Shown one piece after another: positions 1 through 9,629 of a stretch of 64,000 nucleotides of DNA. A program made the position numbers and the translations under genes. Source of the DNA: an uncultured Bacteroidota bacterium (lineage in GTDB: Bacteria > Bacteroidota > Bacteroidia > Chitinophagales > Chitinophagaceae); the NCBI GenBank assembly GCA_963712045.1, contig CAVQGO010000018.1:118591-182590 (forward strand), given 5' to 3'. Positions within the stretch are counted from its first letter, which is position 1. Each line of letters opens with the position of its first letter. The notes under the pieces were generated by a model. It was not told the DNA's origin, did no database searches, and saw only the letters and a program-made list of their open reading frames with translations.

Positions 1-323
1 TCAGGAGCGGAAGCAACCGGGGCTGGTGCAGGGCTGGGTTTTTTAACTGATTTTTTCTTCGGTGCTGCTTTTTTAGGTGCTGCTTTTTTGGGTGCTGCTT
101 TTTTGGGTGCCGCTTTTTTTGCTGCCTTCTTTTTAGGAGCTGCTTTTTTCTTTGGAGCCGCTTTCTTTTTAGGAGCTGCTTTCTTTTTAGGAGCCGCTTT
201 TTTCTTTGCAGCTTTCTTTTTTGCGGGTGCTTTTTTTGCTGCCTTTTTAGCGGACTTTTTAGGCGCAGATTTCTTTTTAGGCGAGGCCTTTTTCTTTGCC
301 GCTTTTTTCTTTGACTTTGCCAT
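1..323 (-). CDS. Histone H1-like Lys/Ala-rich DNA-binding protein (3' end outside window)
   Basis: ATG at 323 on the minus strand reads MAKSKKKAAKKKASPKKKSAPKKSAKKAAKKAPAKKKAAKKKAAPKKKAAPKKK...SVKKPSPAPAPVASAP. There is no stop before the left edge, so it is missing from the ORF track. Confidence 0.85.
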   Translation of the reverse strand, partial: MAKSKKKAAKKKASPKKKSAPKKSAKKAAKKAPAKKKAAKKKAAPKKKAAPKKKAAPKKKAAPKKKAAKKAAPKKAAPKKAAPKKAAPKKKSVKKPSPAPAPVASAP

Positions 324-423
324 AATTTGAAGAAAGTTTTTTAATGATTTGAGAGCAATGGATGTTTGTGGCAAAAAGTTAAACAGAAATATTCATATAG
401 AAAAAAATGAGTACACTTATTTT

Positions 424-451
424 ACGCCTAACGTCTAAAGCTGAACGCTGA
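424..451. repeat. Degenerate heptamer tandem array (ACGCCTA ACGTCTA AAGCTGA ACGCTGA)
   Basis: Four 7-bp units read directly. Same family as the arrays at 7189, 44465, 56299 and 56427. Confidence 0.7.
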
Positions 452-679
452 GACATGATATGGATCTCTGTTTTGCTCTTTGAAATTGTATTATCTCAGT
501 GTGCCGGGAGAACTGTTTGAAGGTCGATGACTGACCGGTTTCTAAAATTGACATGACCACTGAAGTAATTTGAAATATGTATTAGAAAAACTTTCATTAG
601 TATACCTGCCCGTTCTGTTAAGGAGTTACCTTTCGCTGCCCGGAGTACTACGATTTTGGGCAAAATCCTGCAAATTCCT

Positions 680-711
680 TTTGTGATATTCCGGAATAAT
701 CCCTAATTTTG
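680..711 (+). promoter_or_regulatory. Bacteroidota primary-sigma promoter for rplK
   Basis: TTTG (680-683), 20-nt spacer, TAATTTTG (704-711). Matches the Bacteroidetes -33/-7 consensus TTTG-N19-21-TAnnTTTG. Confidence 0.8.
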
Positions 712-741
712 CGTCCCCAATACAGAGTTCTTATTTTGAAA

Positions 742-780
742 TGGTTTGGGAGTCCCGCTATAAGCGGGACGTTAACACCA
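742..780 (+). promoter_or_regulatory. L1-binding autogenous control site in the rplK 5' UTR
   Basis: TGGT-TTGGGAG-[TCCCGCT ATA AGCGGGA hairpin]-CGTTAAC-ACCA. Same GGGAG-hairpin-CGUUA layout as the E. coli rplK leader L1 site as I recall it, which mimics 23S rRNA. Confidence 0.7.
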
Positions 781-792
781 AAAAATGTAAAC

Positions 793-1236
793 ATGGCAAA
801 GCAAATTTCCGGTTATGTCAAGTTGCAGGTTAAGGGCGGTCAGGCCAATCCGGCCCCCCCTATCGGACCTGCATTAGGATCAAAGGGTATTAATATTATG
901 GAGTTCTGTAAGCAATTCAATGCCAGAACCCAGGATAAAATAGGAAAAGTTCTTCCTGTTTTAATTACCGTTTACTCCGACAAATCCTTCGATTTTATCA
1001 TCAAAACACCGCCCGCTGCTGTCCAGATCCTGGAAGCGGCAAAATTACAGAGCGGATCCAAAGAGCCAAATCGCAGCAAAGTAGGTAAGGTCAACTGGAC
1101 CCAGGTAGAAGCTATTGCAAAGGATAAAATGCCAGACCTGAACTGCTTTACCGTTGAAAGCGCCATGCGAATGGTGGCTGGTACGGCACGCAGTATGGGC
1201 GTTAATGTGGAAGGCAAAGCTCCATGGGACAATTGA
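793..1236 (+). CDS. rplK: 50S ribosomal protein L11
   Basis: [29 protein letters not shown] is the L11 signature. The true start is the ATG at 793; the track start at 709 lies inside the promoter. Confidence 0.99.
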   Translation: MAKQISGYVKLQVKGGQANPAPPIGPALGSKGINIMEFCKQFNARTQDKIGKVLPVLITVYSDKSFDFIIKTPPAAVQILEAAKLQSGSKEPNRSKVGKVNWTQVEAIAKDKMPDLNCFTVESAMRMVAGTARSMGVNVEGKAPWDN

Positions 1237-1262
1237 TTCTGAACACTTAAAAAAATTATGAT

Positions 1263-1958
1263 ATGGCCATCTCAAAAAAAAGAAAATCTGTTGCCGCTAA
1301 GGTTGACAAGAATAAAACATACACGCTGAAAGATGCATCTTCCCTTGTAAAGGAAGTGAATCTTACCAAGTTTGATGCTTCCGTGGACCTGCATATCCGT
1401 CTGGGTGTAGATCCCAAAAAAGCTGATCAGTCCGTTCGTGGAACTGTAAGTCTTCCGCACGGAACAGGTAAAACAAAACGCGTATTGGTATTATGTACAC
1501 CCGATAAGGAAGCTGCCGCAATTGCTGCAGGAGCTGATTATGTCGGACTGGATGAATATATCACAAAGATTGAAGGCGGATGGGTAGATGTGGATGTTGT
1601 TATTGCCACACCTTCCGTGATGCCTAAAATCGGTAAACTGGGTAAAGTATTAGGACCGCGCAATCTGATGCCAAATCCAAAAACTGGTACAGTAACCAAT
1701 GATGTGGCCGCTGCCGTCAATGAGGTAAAAGGTGGTAAAATTGCCTTTAAAGTTGATAAAGCAGGAATTATTCATGCATCCATTGGAAGGGTTAGTTTTT
1801 CACCTGAAAAAATCACCCAAAACAGCCAGGAACTGATCAATGCAGTGATTCGCGCAAAACCAGCCACTTCGAAAGGCACTTATGTAAAGAGTGTATTTAT
1901 GGCCTCCACGATGAGTCCTTCTATTTCAATTGATACCCGCGCTTTTGCAGCTCAATAA
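1263..1958 (+). CDS. rplA: 50S ribosomal protein L1
   Basis: [45 protein letters not shown] motifs. Confidence 0.99.
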   Translation: MAISKKRKSVAAKVDKNKTYTLKDASSLVKEVNLTKFDASVDLHIRLGVDPKKADQSVRGTVSLPHGTGKTKRVLVLCTPDKEAAAIAAGADYVGLDEYITKIEGGWVDVDVVIATPSVMPKIGKLGKVLGPRNLMPNPKTGTVTNDVAAAVNEVKGGKIAFKVDKAGIIHASIGRVSFSPEKITQNSQELINAVIRAKPATSKGTYVKSVFMASTMSPSISIDTRAFAAQ

Positions 1959-1978
1959 TATATTTTAAAAAAAAGGTT

Positions 1979-2509
1979 ATGACTAAAGATCAAAAAAACG
2001 AAGTTATTGAAGTGCTGAAAGGCAAGTTCTCTCAATACAATAATTTCTATGTGACCAATACGGAATCTCTTTCTGTTGAACAGGTAGGAAAATTGCGCAG
2101 AATCTGCTTTAATAAAAAAGTGGAAATGAAAGTTGCGAAGAATACACTCATTAAGAAAGCCCTGGAAAATCTGGATTCTTCCCGCTATTCAGGTGTATTC
2201 AACTCGCTGAACGGTGTTACTGCCCTGCTGTTTTCTGAAAATGCAAAAGAGCCCGCCCTTATCATTACGAGCTTCAGAAAAGATTCAAATCTTGAAAAGC
2301 CCGTATTGAAAGCTGCTTTTATCGATGGAGACGTGTTTGAAGGAGACAATCAGTTGAAAACACTTACGACCCTGAAGAGCAAACACGATCTGATCGGAGA
2401 AATCATCAGCTTGTTGCAATCACCTGCCAAGAATGTAATCAGCGGATTAAACGCAGGTGCAAAACTGGCTGGTCTGGTTCAGGCACTGGAAGCAAGAGCA
2501 CAGGCTTAA
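1979..2509 (+). CDS. rplJ: 50S ribosomal protein L10
   Basis: LRR...VAKNTLIKKAL motif; lies between rplA and rplL. Confidence 0.97.
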   Translation: MTKDQKNEVIEVLKGKFSQYNNFYVTNTESLSVEQVGKLRRICFNKKVEMKVAKNTLIKKALENLDSSRYSGVFNSLNGVTALLFSENAKEPALIITSFRKDSNLEKPVLKAAFIDGDVFEGDNQLKTLTTLKSKHDLIGEIISLLQSPAKNVISGLNAGAKLAGLVQALEARAQA

Positions 2510-2638
2510 TTGTTAATGAAGTGTGAATTGTTAATTGAATTAATCGAACCTGGGTTAGTAGACTAATATTTTTTTAATAACGCATCCTCCGGAGTTGAGC
2601 CGAAAGGCGGACCATGAAGGGGGAAAAAATCAAACAAA

Positions 2639-3016
2639 ATGGCAGATTTAAAAGTTTTCGCAGAACAGTTGGTATCTCTGACTGTAAAAGAAGTTAATGA
2701 ACTTGCAAAAATCCTGAAAGAAGAATACGGTATCGAACCTGCTGCTGCAGCTGCTGCTGTTGCTGGTCCTGCTGCCGGTGGAGCTGCTCCTGCTGCTGAA
2801 GAAAAAACCGCCTTTACGGTTATACTGAAAGCTGCTGGTGCAAACAAACTGAATGTCGTTAAGATCGTAAAAGATCTGACTGGCCTTGGCTTGAAAGAAG
2901 CAAAGGATCTGGTTGACGGCGCTCCAAAACCCGTTAAAGAAGGTGTAAGCAAAGCAGATGCTGAAGGTCTGGTTGCTAAGCTGAAAGAAGCTGGTGCTGA
3001 CGTTGAAATTCAGTAA
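2639..3016 (+). CDS. rplL: 50S ribosomal protein L7/L12
   Basis: Ala-rich hinge, [17 protein letters not shown] motif. Confidence 0.99.
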   Translation: MADLKVFAEQLVSLTVKEVNELAKILKEEYGIEPAAAAAAVAGPAAGGAAPAAEEKTAFTVILKAAGANKLNVVKIVKDLTGLGLKEAKDLVDGAPKPVKEGVSKADAEGLVAKLKEAGADVEIQ

Positions 3017-3035
3017 TTTCTGGCATAATTAATAT

Positions 3036-3077
3036 AAATGGAGAGTGATTGTTTACAGTCATTCTCCATTTTATTTT
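3036..3077 (+). terminator. Intrinsic terminator after rplL
   Basis: AAATGGAGAGTGA...TCATTCTCCATTT stem (one G-U) followed by TATTTT. Confidence 0.75.
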
Positions 3078-3172
3078 GGTTGACAGTGACGGTTGACAGA
3101 TAATGACGAAATTCGGAAAATACGTTCGATCTTAATTTCGACCTGTCAACTGTCAACTGTCAACTGTCAACT
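3078..3172. repeat. Inverted pair of GTTGACA/CTGTCAA heptamer arrays
   Basis: GGTTGAC AGTGAC GGTTGAC AG (3078-3099) faces four perfect CTGTCAA copies (3143-3170). Confidence 0.85.
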
Positions 3173-3212
3173 AATTTTATCCGGAAAGATCAGATTTTTA
3201 GCATAAAATCCT

Positions 3213-3220
3213 TAACTTTG
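3213..3220 (+). promoter_or_regulatory. -7 promoter box for rpoB
   Basis: TAACTTTG about 150 nt upstream of the rpoB ATG and downstream of the rplL terminator. No clear -33 box. Confidence 0.6.
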
Positions 3221-3371
3221 CCGTCCGTTTGTATTATCAATTAAGCTATAAATATTCAGCACAATATAACATGCTATTAATCAATGCGTTGGGAATTCAT
3301 TGAATTCACGAGGCATTTTTTTGTTTTCCCGCGAACTGTAGTTTGAACATTTAAAACAGGATATATACTAT

Positions 3372-6300
3372 ATGTCTTCCACAAAGCTCACACCAAGGGT
3401 CAATTTCGGTAAGATTAAACACCTTGCAGAAACACCCGATCTTCTCGAAGTGCAGATCCAGTCTTTTAAAGAGTTTTTCCAGCTGGAAACAACTCCTGAC
3501 AAGCGTAATATCGAAGGCTTGTTCAAGGTATTCAAGGAAAATTTCCCGATCACCGATACGAGGAATATTTTCATGCTCGAGTTCCTTGATTACTTCATTG
3601 ATCCGCCCCGTTATACGATTGAAGAATGTATGGAGCGCGGACTGACTTATGCCGTTCCGTTGAAAGCAAAATTGCGACTCAGTTGTAACGATGAGGAGCA
3701 TGTGGACTTTCAGACCATCGTACAGGATGTATTCCTTGGAAATATTCCTTACATGACACCTCGTGGAACCTTTGTGATCAACGGCGCTGAACGCGTGGTT
3801 GTATCCCAACTCCATCGTTCACCAGGTGTATTCTTCGGACAATCCATTCATCCGAACGGAACTAAGATATATTCTGCCCGTGTGATTCCTTTCAAGGGCG
3901 CATGGATGGAATTCGCTACAGACATCAATAACGTGATGTTTGCTTACATCGACCGTAAGAAGAAATTCCCGGTTACTACCCTTCTCCGTTCAATCGGTTA
4001 CGAAACAGATAAAGATATCCTTGCATTATTCGGCATGGCCGACGAAGTGAAGGTGGATAAGAAAACATTACATAAATATATCGGCAAAAAACTGGCTGCC
4101 CGCGTTCTGAGAACATGGGTGGAAGATTTTGTGGATGAAGATACCGGCGAAGTTGTTTCTATCGAAAGAAATGAAATCGTGCTGGAACGCGATACAGTGC
4201 TCGATGAAGAAGCCATCGATATGGTCATTGAGATGGATGTGAAGAGCGTTTTTATTCAGAAAGAAGATGTGGGTGGAGATTATGCCATCATTTACAATAC
4301 ACTGAATAAGGATACGTCCAACAGTGAACTGGAAGCCGTTCAGCATATCTATCGCCAGTTGCGTGGTGCCGATGCACCTGATGATGAAACAGCTCGTGGA
4401 ATCATTGACAAATTATTCTTCAGCGACAAGCGTTATGATCTCGGCGAAGTAGGCCGTTATAAAATTAATCGCAAGCTCAATCTGAACCTGCCTTTGACTC
4501 AGAAAACACTGACAAAGGGCGATATGATTGAGATCATCAAATACCTGGTTCGTTTAACCAATGGTAAAGCAGAAATCGATGACATCGATCACCTGAGCAA
4601 CCGTCGTGTACGTACCGTGGGAGAACAATTATACGCACAGTTTGGTGTGGGTCTTGCCCGTATGGCACGTACTATCCGTGAACGTATGAACGTACGTGAC
4701 AATGAAGTATTCACTCCGGTGGATCTGATCAATGCCAGAACGCTTTCATCCGTGATCAATTCATTCTTTGGAACATCACAGTTGTCACAGTTCCTGGATC
4801 AAACGAATCCCTTAAGTGAAATAACACATAAGCGCCGTATCTCCGCCCTCGGGCCCGGAGGTTTAAGTCGCGAACGTGCAGGCTTTGAAGTACGTGACGT
4901 GCATTATTCACATTATGGACGCCTGTGTACCATTGAAACTCCGGAAGGACCGAACATCGGGTTGATTTCAACGCTTTGCGTTCATGCGAAGATCAATGAA
5001 ATGGGATTTATCGAAACACCTTACCGGAAAGTAAATGAAGGCAAGGTGGATATGAAAAAACTCACTTATCTGAGTGCGGAAGAAGAAGATATCGCCAAAA
5101 TTGCACAGGCAAATATTGCATTGGATGATAAAGGAAATTTCGTTGAAGATAAAATCGTTTCGCGTCAAACCGGTGATTTTCCGATCCTCGACAGAAACGA
5201 AGTGGAATATATGGACGTTGCACCAAACCAGATTGTAGGTCTGAGTGCTTCTCTTATCCCCTTCCTCGAACACGATGATGCCAACCGTGCGCTGATGGGA
5301 TCGAACATGCAAAGGCAGGCTGTACCGCTGATTCTTCCTGAAAGGCCGATCGTAGGTACCGGTCTGGAAGCAAAAGCTGCACGCGATGCCCGCATCCAGA
5401 TCCACTCTGAAGGCGAAGGTGTTGTTGAATTTGTTGACGCAAATGAAATTCACGTTCGATACGAAAGAAATGAAATACAAAAGCTCGTCAGCTTTGAAGA
5501 CGATCTGAAAATATACAAACTCACCAAGTTCATTAAAACGAACCAGGAAACCTGTATCAACCTGAAACCCGCCGTCAAAAAAGGACAGCGCGTGAAAGAA
5601 GGCGATTTCCTTACAGAAGGATATGCCGTGCAGCATGGTGAAATGGCACTCGGTAGAAATCTGAAAGTGGCTTTCATGCCATGGAAGGGTTACAACTTCG
5701 AGGATGCCATCGTTATCAGCGAAAAAGTGGTACGTGAAGATTTATTTACTTCTGTTCATATTTCTGAATACGAACTCGAAGTGCGTGATACTAAACTGGG
5801 TGAAGAAGAACTGACTCCTGATATTCCCAATGTATCTGAAGAAGCCACCAAGGATCTTGACGAAAACGGTATCATCCGGGTAGGTGCACAGATCAAGGAA
5901 GGTGATATCCTGATTGGTAAGATCACACCGAAGGGTGAAAGCGATCCGACTCCTGAAGAAAAACTTCTCCGCGCGATCTTTGGTGACAAGGCAGGTGATG
6001 CGAAAGACGCTTCCCTGAAAGCACCAAGCGGTACGGAAGGTGTTGTAATCAGCAAGAAACTTTTCCAGCGCGCGAAGAAAGATAAGAATGCAAAAGTGCG
6101 TGAGAAGGCTGTTCTTGATAAGATCGAAAAAGTACATGAGAAGAATGAAACAGATCTGCTTGAAGTACTGATATCTAAATTACAGGTGTTGCTGAAAGAT
6201 CATTCATCTACCGGAGTCAATAATAATTTCGGTGAAGTGCAGATCGGAAAGGGTGCAAAGTTCACTCAGAAAAATCTGAGTGGTATCGATTACCTGAATG

Positions 6301-7175
6301 TCAATCCGCTGGGATGGACAGGCGATGCGAAATCAGACGAACTGGTGAATGTTCTTCTGCATAACTACAATATCAAGTACAACGAAGAACTGGGAAGATA
6401 TAAGAGGGAAAAGTTCAACATCTCCATCGGTGACGAATTACCGGCTGGTGTTTTGAAACTGGCAAAAGTGTACCTGGCTGTTAAACGTAAATTGAAAGTG
6501 GGCGATAAAATGGCGGGACGCCATGGTAATAAAGGTATCGTCGCCAAAATTGTACGTGCTGAAGACATGCCATTCCTGGAAGACGGAACACCGGTTGACA
6601 TCGTACTGAATCCGCTCGGCGTACCATCCCGTATGAACCTGGGACAGATCTATGAAACCGTTCTGGGATGGGCAGGTGAAAAACTTGGTTTGAAATTCGC
6701 AACACCGATATTCGACGGTGCGACCGTTGAAGAAATTGCAGAACATATCGACAGAGCAGGTTTGCCTACATTCGGTCATACTTACCTGTATGATGGAGAA
6801 ACCGGCGACCGCTTCGATCAGAAAGCAACGGTTGGTATCATCTATATTATCAAGTTGCACCATATGGTGGATGATAAAATGCATGCCCGCAGTATCGGAC
6901 CATACAGTCTCATTACCCAGCAGCCATTGGGTGGTAAGGCACAATTTGGTGGTCAGCGTTTCGGGGAAATGGAAGTATGGGCGCTTGAAGCCTACGGTGC
7001 TTCCAATATCCTGCAGGAACTGCTTACCCTTAAGTCGGATGACATTATCGGCCGCGCAAAGACTTATGAAGCCATTGTGAAAGGTGATAGCATTCCGAGA
7101 GCCGGTATACCTGAATCATTCAATGTATTGGTTCATGAACTGCGCGGACTTGGACTTGATCTCAGATTCGACTAG
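3372..7175 (+). CDS. rpoB: DNA-directed RNA polymerase subunit beta
   Basis: 1267 aa with [59 protein letters not shown]. Confidence 0.99.
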   Translation: MSSTKLTPRVNFGKIKHLAETPDLLEVQIQSFKEFFQLETTPDKRNIEGLFKVFKENFPITDTRNIFMLEFLDYFIDPPRYTIEECMERGLTYAVPLKAKLRLSCNDEEHVDFQTIVQDVFLGNIPYMTPRGTFVINGAERVVVSQLHRSPGVFFGQSIHPNGTKIYSARVIPFKGAWMEFATDINNVMFAYIDRKKKFPVTTLLRSIGYETDKDILALFGMADEVKVDKKTLHKYIGKKLAARVLRTWVEDFVDEDTGEVVSIERNEIVLERDTVLDEEAIDMVIEMDVKSVFIQKEDVGGDYAIIYNTLNKDTSNSELEAVQHIYRQLRGADAPDDETARGIIDKLFFSDKRYDLGEVGRYKINRKLNLNLPLTQKTLTKGDMIEIIKYLVRLTNGKAEIDDIDHLSNRRVRTVGEQLYAQFGVGLARMARTIRERMNVRDNEVFTPVDLINARTLSSVINSFFGTSQLSQFLDQTNPLSEITHKRRISALGPGGLSRERAGFEVRDVHYSHYGRLCTIETPEGPNIGLISTLCVHAKINEMGFIETPYRKVNEGKVDMKKLTYLSAEEEDIAKIAQANIALDDKGNFVEDKIVSRQTGDFPILDRNEVEYMDVAPNQIVGLSASLIPFLEHDDANRALMGSNMQRQAVPLILPERPIVGTGLEAKAARDARIQIHSEGEGVVEFVDANEIHVRYERNEIQKLVSFEDDLKIYKLTKFIKTNQETCINLKPAVKKGQRVKEGDFLTEGYAVQHGEMALGRNLKVAFMPWKGYNFEDAIVISEKVVREDLFTSVHISEYELEVRDTKLGEEELTPDIPNVSEEATKDLDENGIIRVGAQIKEGDILIGKITPKGESDPTPEEKLLRAIFGDKAGDAKDASLKAPSGTEGVVISKKLFQRAKKDKNAKVREKAVLDKIEKVHEKNETDLLEVLISKLQVLLKDHSSTGVNNNFGEVQIGKGAKFTQKNLSGIDYLNVNPLGWTGDAKSDELVNVLLHNYNIKYNEELGRYKREKFNISIGDELPAGVLKLAKVYLAVKRKLKVGDKMAGRHGNKGIVAKIVRAEDMPFLEDGTPVDIVLNPLGVPSRMNLGQIYETVLGWAGEKLGLKFATPIFDGATVEEIAEHIDRAGLPTFGHTYLYDGETGDRFDQKATVGIIYIIKLHHMVDDKMHARSIGPYSLITQQPLGGKAQFGGQRFGEMEVWALEAYGASNILQELLTLKSDDIIGRAKTYEAIVKGDSIPRAGIPESFNVLVHELRGLGLDLRFD

Positions 7176-7216
7176 AGTCGAATCTGAGGCCTAAAGCTCA
7201 AAGCTTAAAGCCTAAA
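7161..7216. repeat. 13-bp perfect inverted repeat over the rpoB stop, followed by a heptamer array
   Basis: CTCAGATTCGACT-AG-AGTCGAATCTGAG (7161-7188), then GCCTAAA GCTCAAA GCTTAAA GCCTAAA (7189-7216). Confidence 0.85.
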
Positions 7217-7232
7217 ACTCGTATAAATAAAG

Positions 7233-7269
7233 AAGAGGTTGTCTTAAAAAAGACAGCCTCTTTTGTTTT
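7233..7269 (+). terminator. Intrinsic terminator after rpoB
   Basis: AAGAGGTTGTCT-TAAAAA-AGACAGCCTCTT stem followed by TTGTTTT. Confidence 0.8.
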
Positions 7270-7390
7270 CTTAAATCTCTCACTTACATGCGTAATATTA
7301 TGAATATCAGAATATTAATTTCAAGATCACCTGTCCAGCCGGCTCATATAATGTGTTAACCTTTTCACGATCAACGAAATAGGAGCATAA

Positions 7391-7499
7391 ACCTTCGTCA
7401 ATCCTTGTGTGAACCTTGTGTCAACCATGTGCCATCATAGGGGAAACAGCATATTTGGTACAAGGATGGTACAAGGATCGCACAGGTTTGAGACAAGGG
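7391..7499. repeat. Inverted pair of degenerate 11-bp tandem arrays (REP/MITE-like)
   Basis: Left arm ACCTTCGTCAA TCCTTGTGTGA ACCTTGTGTCA ACCATGTGCCA. Right arm TGGTACAAGGA TGGTACAAGGA TCGCACAGGTT TGAGACAAGGG. The arms are approximately reverse complements. Confidence 0.7.
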
Positions 7500-7536
7500 T
7501 GGTTGATCGTTGATCTTTCTTTAAAATTTCTTCCTA

Positions 7537-8181
7537 TTACAGTTTCCCTTTAATGAAATATCCAAGCCCTCTGCCCGCTTCGCTGTAGGCTGTGGAAATT
7601 CTCTCGTCTGTAGCGTAATCATTTTCAAAAAAGCTGCCACCCGGAGCATTTATTACGCTGATTTTAGCGATTACATGAGATTTATTAGCGGTCTCAACTA
7701 TCCAGGCAACTCCGCTGATTTCAGCATTATGACGCATGAAGCCAATATTAAATCCCGGTTCAGTGTTGGTGGTTTTGAAGATTAGAGTATACTTTGATTT
7801 CGGATCAGGTTGCAAAGAACCATATTTTTCAAACTCTTTTGTGAATGCCGGTTCATACAGCGCTTCCCTGTCATCTTTCCAGGCCTTGGCCCACTCATCA
7901 CCTTTTCCAGGTGATTTTTTATTATAATCTTCAGTGTGTTTTGCAACGTATTCCGCCTCTGTTTGTTGCCCATGTGAATGTGGATGTGGAGGTCCAGGGT
8001 GATGTCCAGATTCCTTTCCGCTGCCTATCATCATACTATCGTAACTAAAGGCAAAAGCAATTGTTTTTTCAGACTTTAGAGGGGAAAGATCTCCGTCTTC
8101 CAATTTAACTTTCTGTCCGAATCCACGCATGGCCACTATCAGAACAAAGGCTAGAAGGGTAAGGTGTTTCAAACGTTTCAT
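7537..8181 (-). CDS. Secreted hypothetical protein with His/Pro-rich insert
   Basis: 214-aa ORF with an N-terminal signal peptide (MKRLKHLTLLAFVLIVAMRGFG-Q). No recognisable catalytic motif. Confidence 0.8.
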   Translation of the reverse strand: MKRLKHLTLLAFVLIVAMRGFGQKVKLEDGDLSPLKSEKTIAFAFSYDSMMIGSGKESGHHPGPPHPHSHGQQTEAEYVAKHTEDYNKKSPGKGDEWAKAWKDDREALYEPAFTKEFEKYGSLQPDPKSKYTLIFKTTNTEPGFNIGFMRHNAEISGVAWIVETANKSHVIAKISVINAPGGSFFENDYATDERISTAYSEAGRGLGYFIKGKL

Positions 8182-8304
8182 GATTTTTCTTTTTAAGGTT
8201 TAATGAATAAGAATTCATGAAATGAAAGTAATTAAAATCGAGGCACAAAAATCCCGGCTAACGTGTGAATTGATAATTTTCCTGTGTGAGATGAATAATT
8301 AGTG

Positions 8305-9606
8305 TTACCTCTTCCTGAGCAGTTCCTTCCGGAACAGCTGATAGTCGGCAGCCATTTTTACGGAACTTTTCTTTTTCTCAAATAAATCCGACACAGATTC
8401 AGGTGCTATCACGGAATGCCCGCTGAATTTTTCCACCACTTCGGGGAATTTTACCGGATGGGCGGTTTCCAGAAACATGCCTGATTCGTCCGGATGCTTT
8501 TCCAGCCATCGGTTCAGGGCCAGCCATCCGACGGCTCCATGTGGATCTGCCTGATATTTATAAAGACGGTAAATAGAGGCCAGGGCATCGCCTGTTTCGT
8601 CATCCGAAATACTTTCACTGCTCATCATTTTTTTCAGGGGTTCGAATTCTGAGTTGAACAGCGCCAGGACCCTTACGAAATTGCTCGGATCACCCACATC
8701 CATTGCATTGGATAAGGTGGCCCTGGCCTTTTCAGGCTTATAGATCCCTGTTTTTAAATATTCCGGAATTACCGCATTGGAATTACAGGCAGCGATAAAA
8801 TGTGAAACGGGAAGTCCGGAGTGATATGCCAGCAGCCCTGCGCAAATATTCCCGAAATTTCCACTGGGAACGGAAATAACAGGTGGTTTCAGTTTGTCGT
8901 TCCATTGTTTCCATGCCAGGAAATAATAGATCTGCTGCGGAAGCCAGCGCGCGACATTTATGGAATTGGCTGACGTCAAAAAAATCTTTTCGTTGAGGTC
9001 CGGGTCTGAGAAAGCCTGTTTGACCAGTGCCTGACAATCATCAAAACTACCATCCACTTCATAAGCCATTATATTTTTACCGGAGGTTGTCAGTTGAAGT
9101 TCCTGCACAAGGCTCACTTTTCCGGAAGGGTACAGAATAACAACATTTACGCCTTCCACATCCAAGAAACCACTGGCAACTGCTCCACCTGTATCGCCCG
9201 AAGTGGCTACCAGCACCGTCACAGGTCTTTCCTGCCCTTTCATGAAATATCCCAGGCATCGGCTCATAAAACGCGCACCCACGTCTTTAAAAGCCAGGGT
9301 GGGCCCATGGAATAATTCAAGTGTTGAAATCCTGGATGAAAGACTAACAAGTGGAATATCAAATGAAATCGTTTCCTGTAAAATTTGCCTCAGCGTTTTT
9401 TCCGGCATGGAATCTCCCACATATTGGTTCATAACATACCAGGCAATTTCCTCATCCGGTTCGCTATCCAGATTGTAGATCCAGGATTCAGGAAAAAAGG
9501 GAACATATTCAGGGAAAAACAATCCTTTTTCTGAGCCCAGTCCCTGGATGGTCGCCGTTCTGAAATCAACTTTTTCTGAATGTTTATTGAGATTGTAGAA
9601 TAACAT
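8305..9606 (-). CDS. thrC: Threonine synthase
   Basis: LELFHGPTLAFKDVGARF (PLP lysine), VATSGDTG, SVPSGNFGN. Confidence 0.98.
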   Translation of the reverse strand: MLFYNLNKHSEKVDFRTATIQGLGSEKGLFFPEYVPFFPESWIYNLDSEPDEEIAWYVMNQYVGDSMPEKTLRQILQETISFDIPLVSLSSRISTLELFHGPTLAFKDVGARFMSRCLGYFMKGQERPVTVLVATSGDTGGAVASGFLDVEGVNVVILYPSGKVSLVQELQLTTSGKNIMAYEVDGSFDDCQALVKQAFSDPDLNEKIFLTSANSINVARWLPQQIYYFLAWKQWNDKLKPPVISVPSGNFGNICAGLLAYHSGLPVSHFIAACNSNAVIPEYLKTGIYKPEKARATLSNAMDVGDPSNFVRVLALFNSEFEPLKKMMSSESISDDETGDALASIYRLYKYQADPHGAVGWLALNRWLEKHPDESGMFLETAHPVKFPEVVEKFSGHSVIAPESVSDLFEKKKSSVKMAADYQLFRKELLRKR

Positions 9607-9629
9607 GTTATTGCTTTATGCTTTGCGCC

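Noticed and set aside
88-330. Plus-strand ORF MGAAFLGAAFF...
   Set aside because: It is the antisense shadow of the Lys/Ala-rich gene on the minus strand; the Phe/Ala/Gly pattern simply mirrors AAA/GCA/CCT codons.
3284-3346. Phe-rich 20-codon ORF ([20 protein letters not shown]) in the rpoB leader
   Set aside because: The Phe codons come from the palindrome and U tract, and there is no logic for Phe sensing at rpoB. Treated as chance.
7391-7499. CRISPR array or origin iterons for the short tandem arrays
   Set aside because: The units are 7-11 bp with no unique spacers, no cas genes are present, and no DnaA-box cluster is evident.
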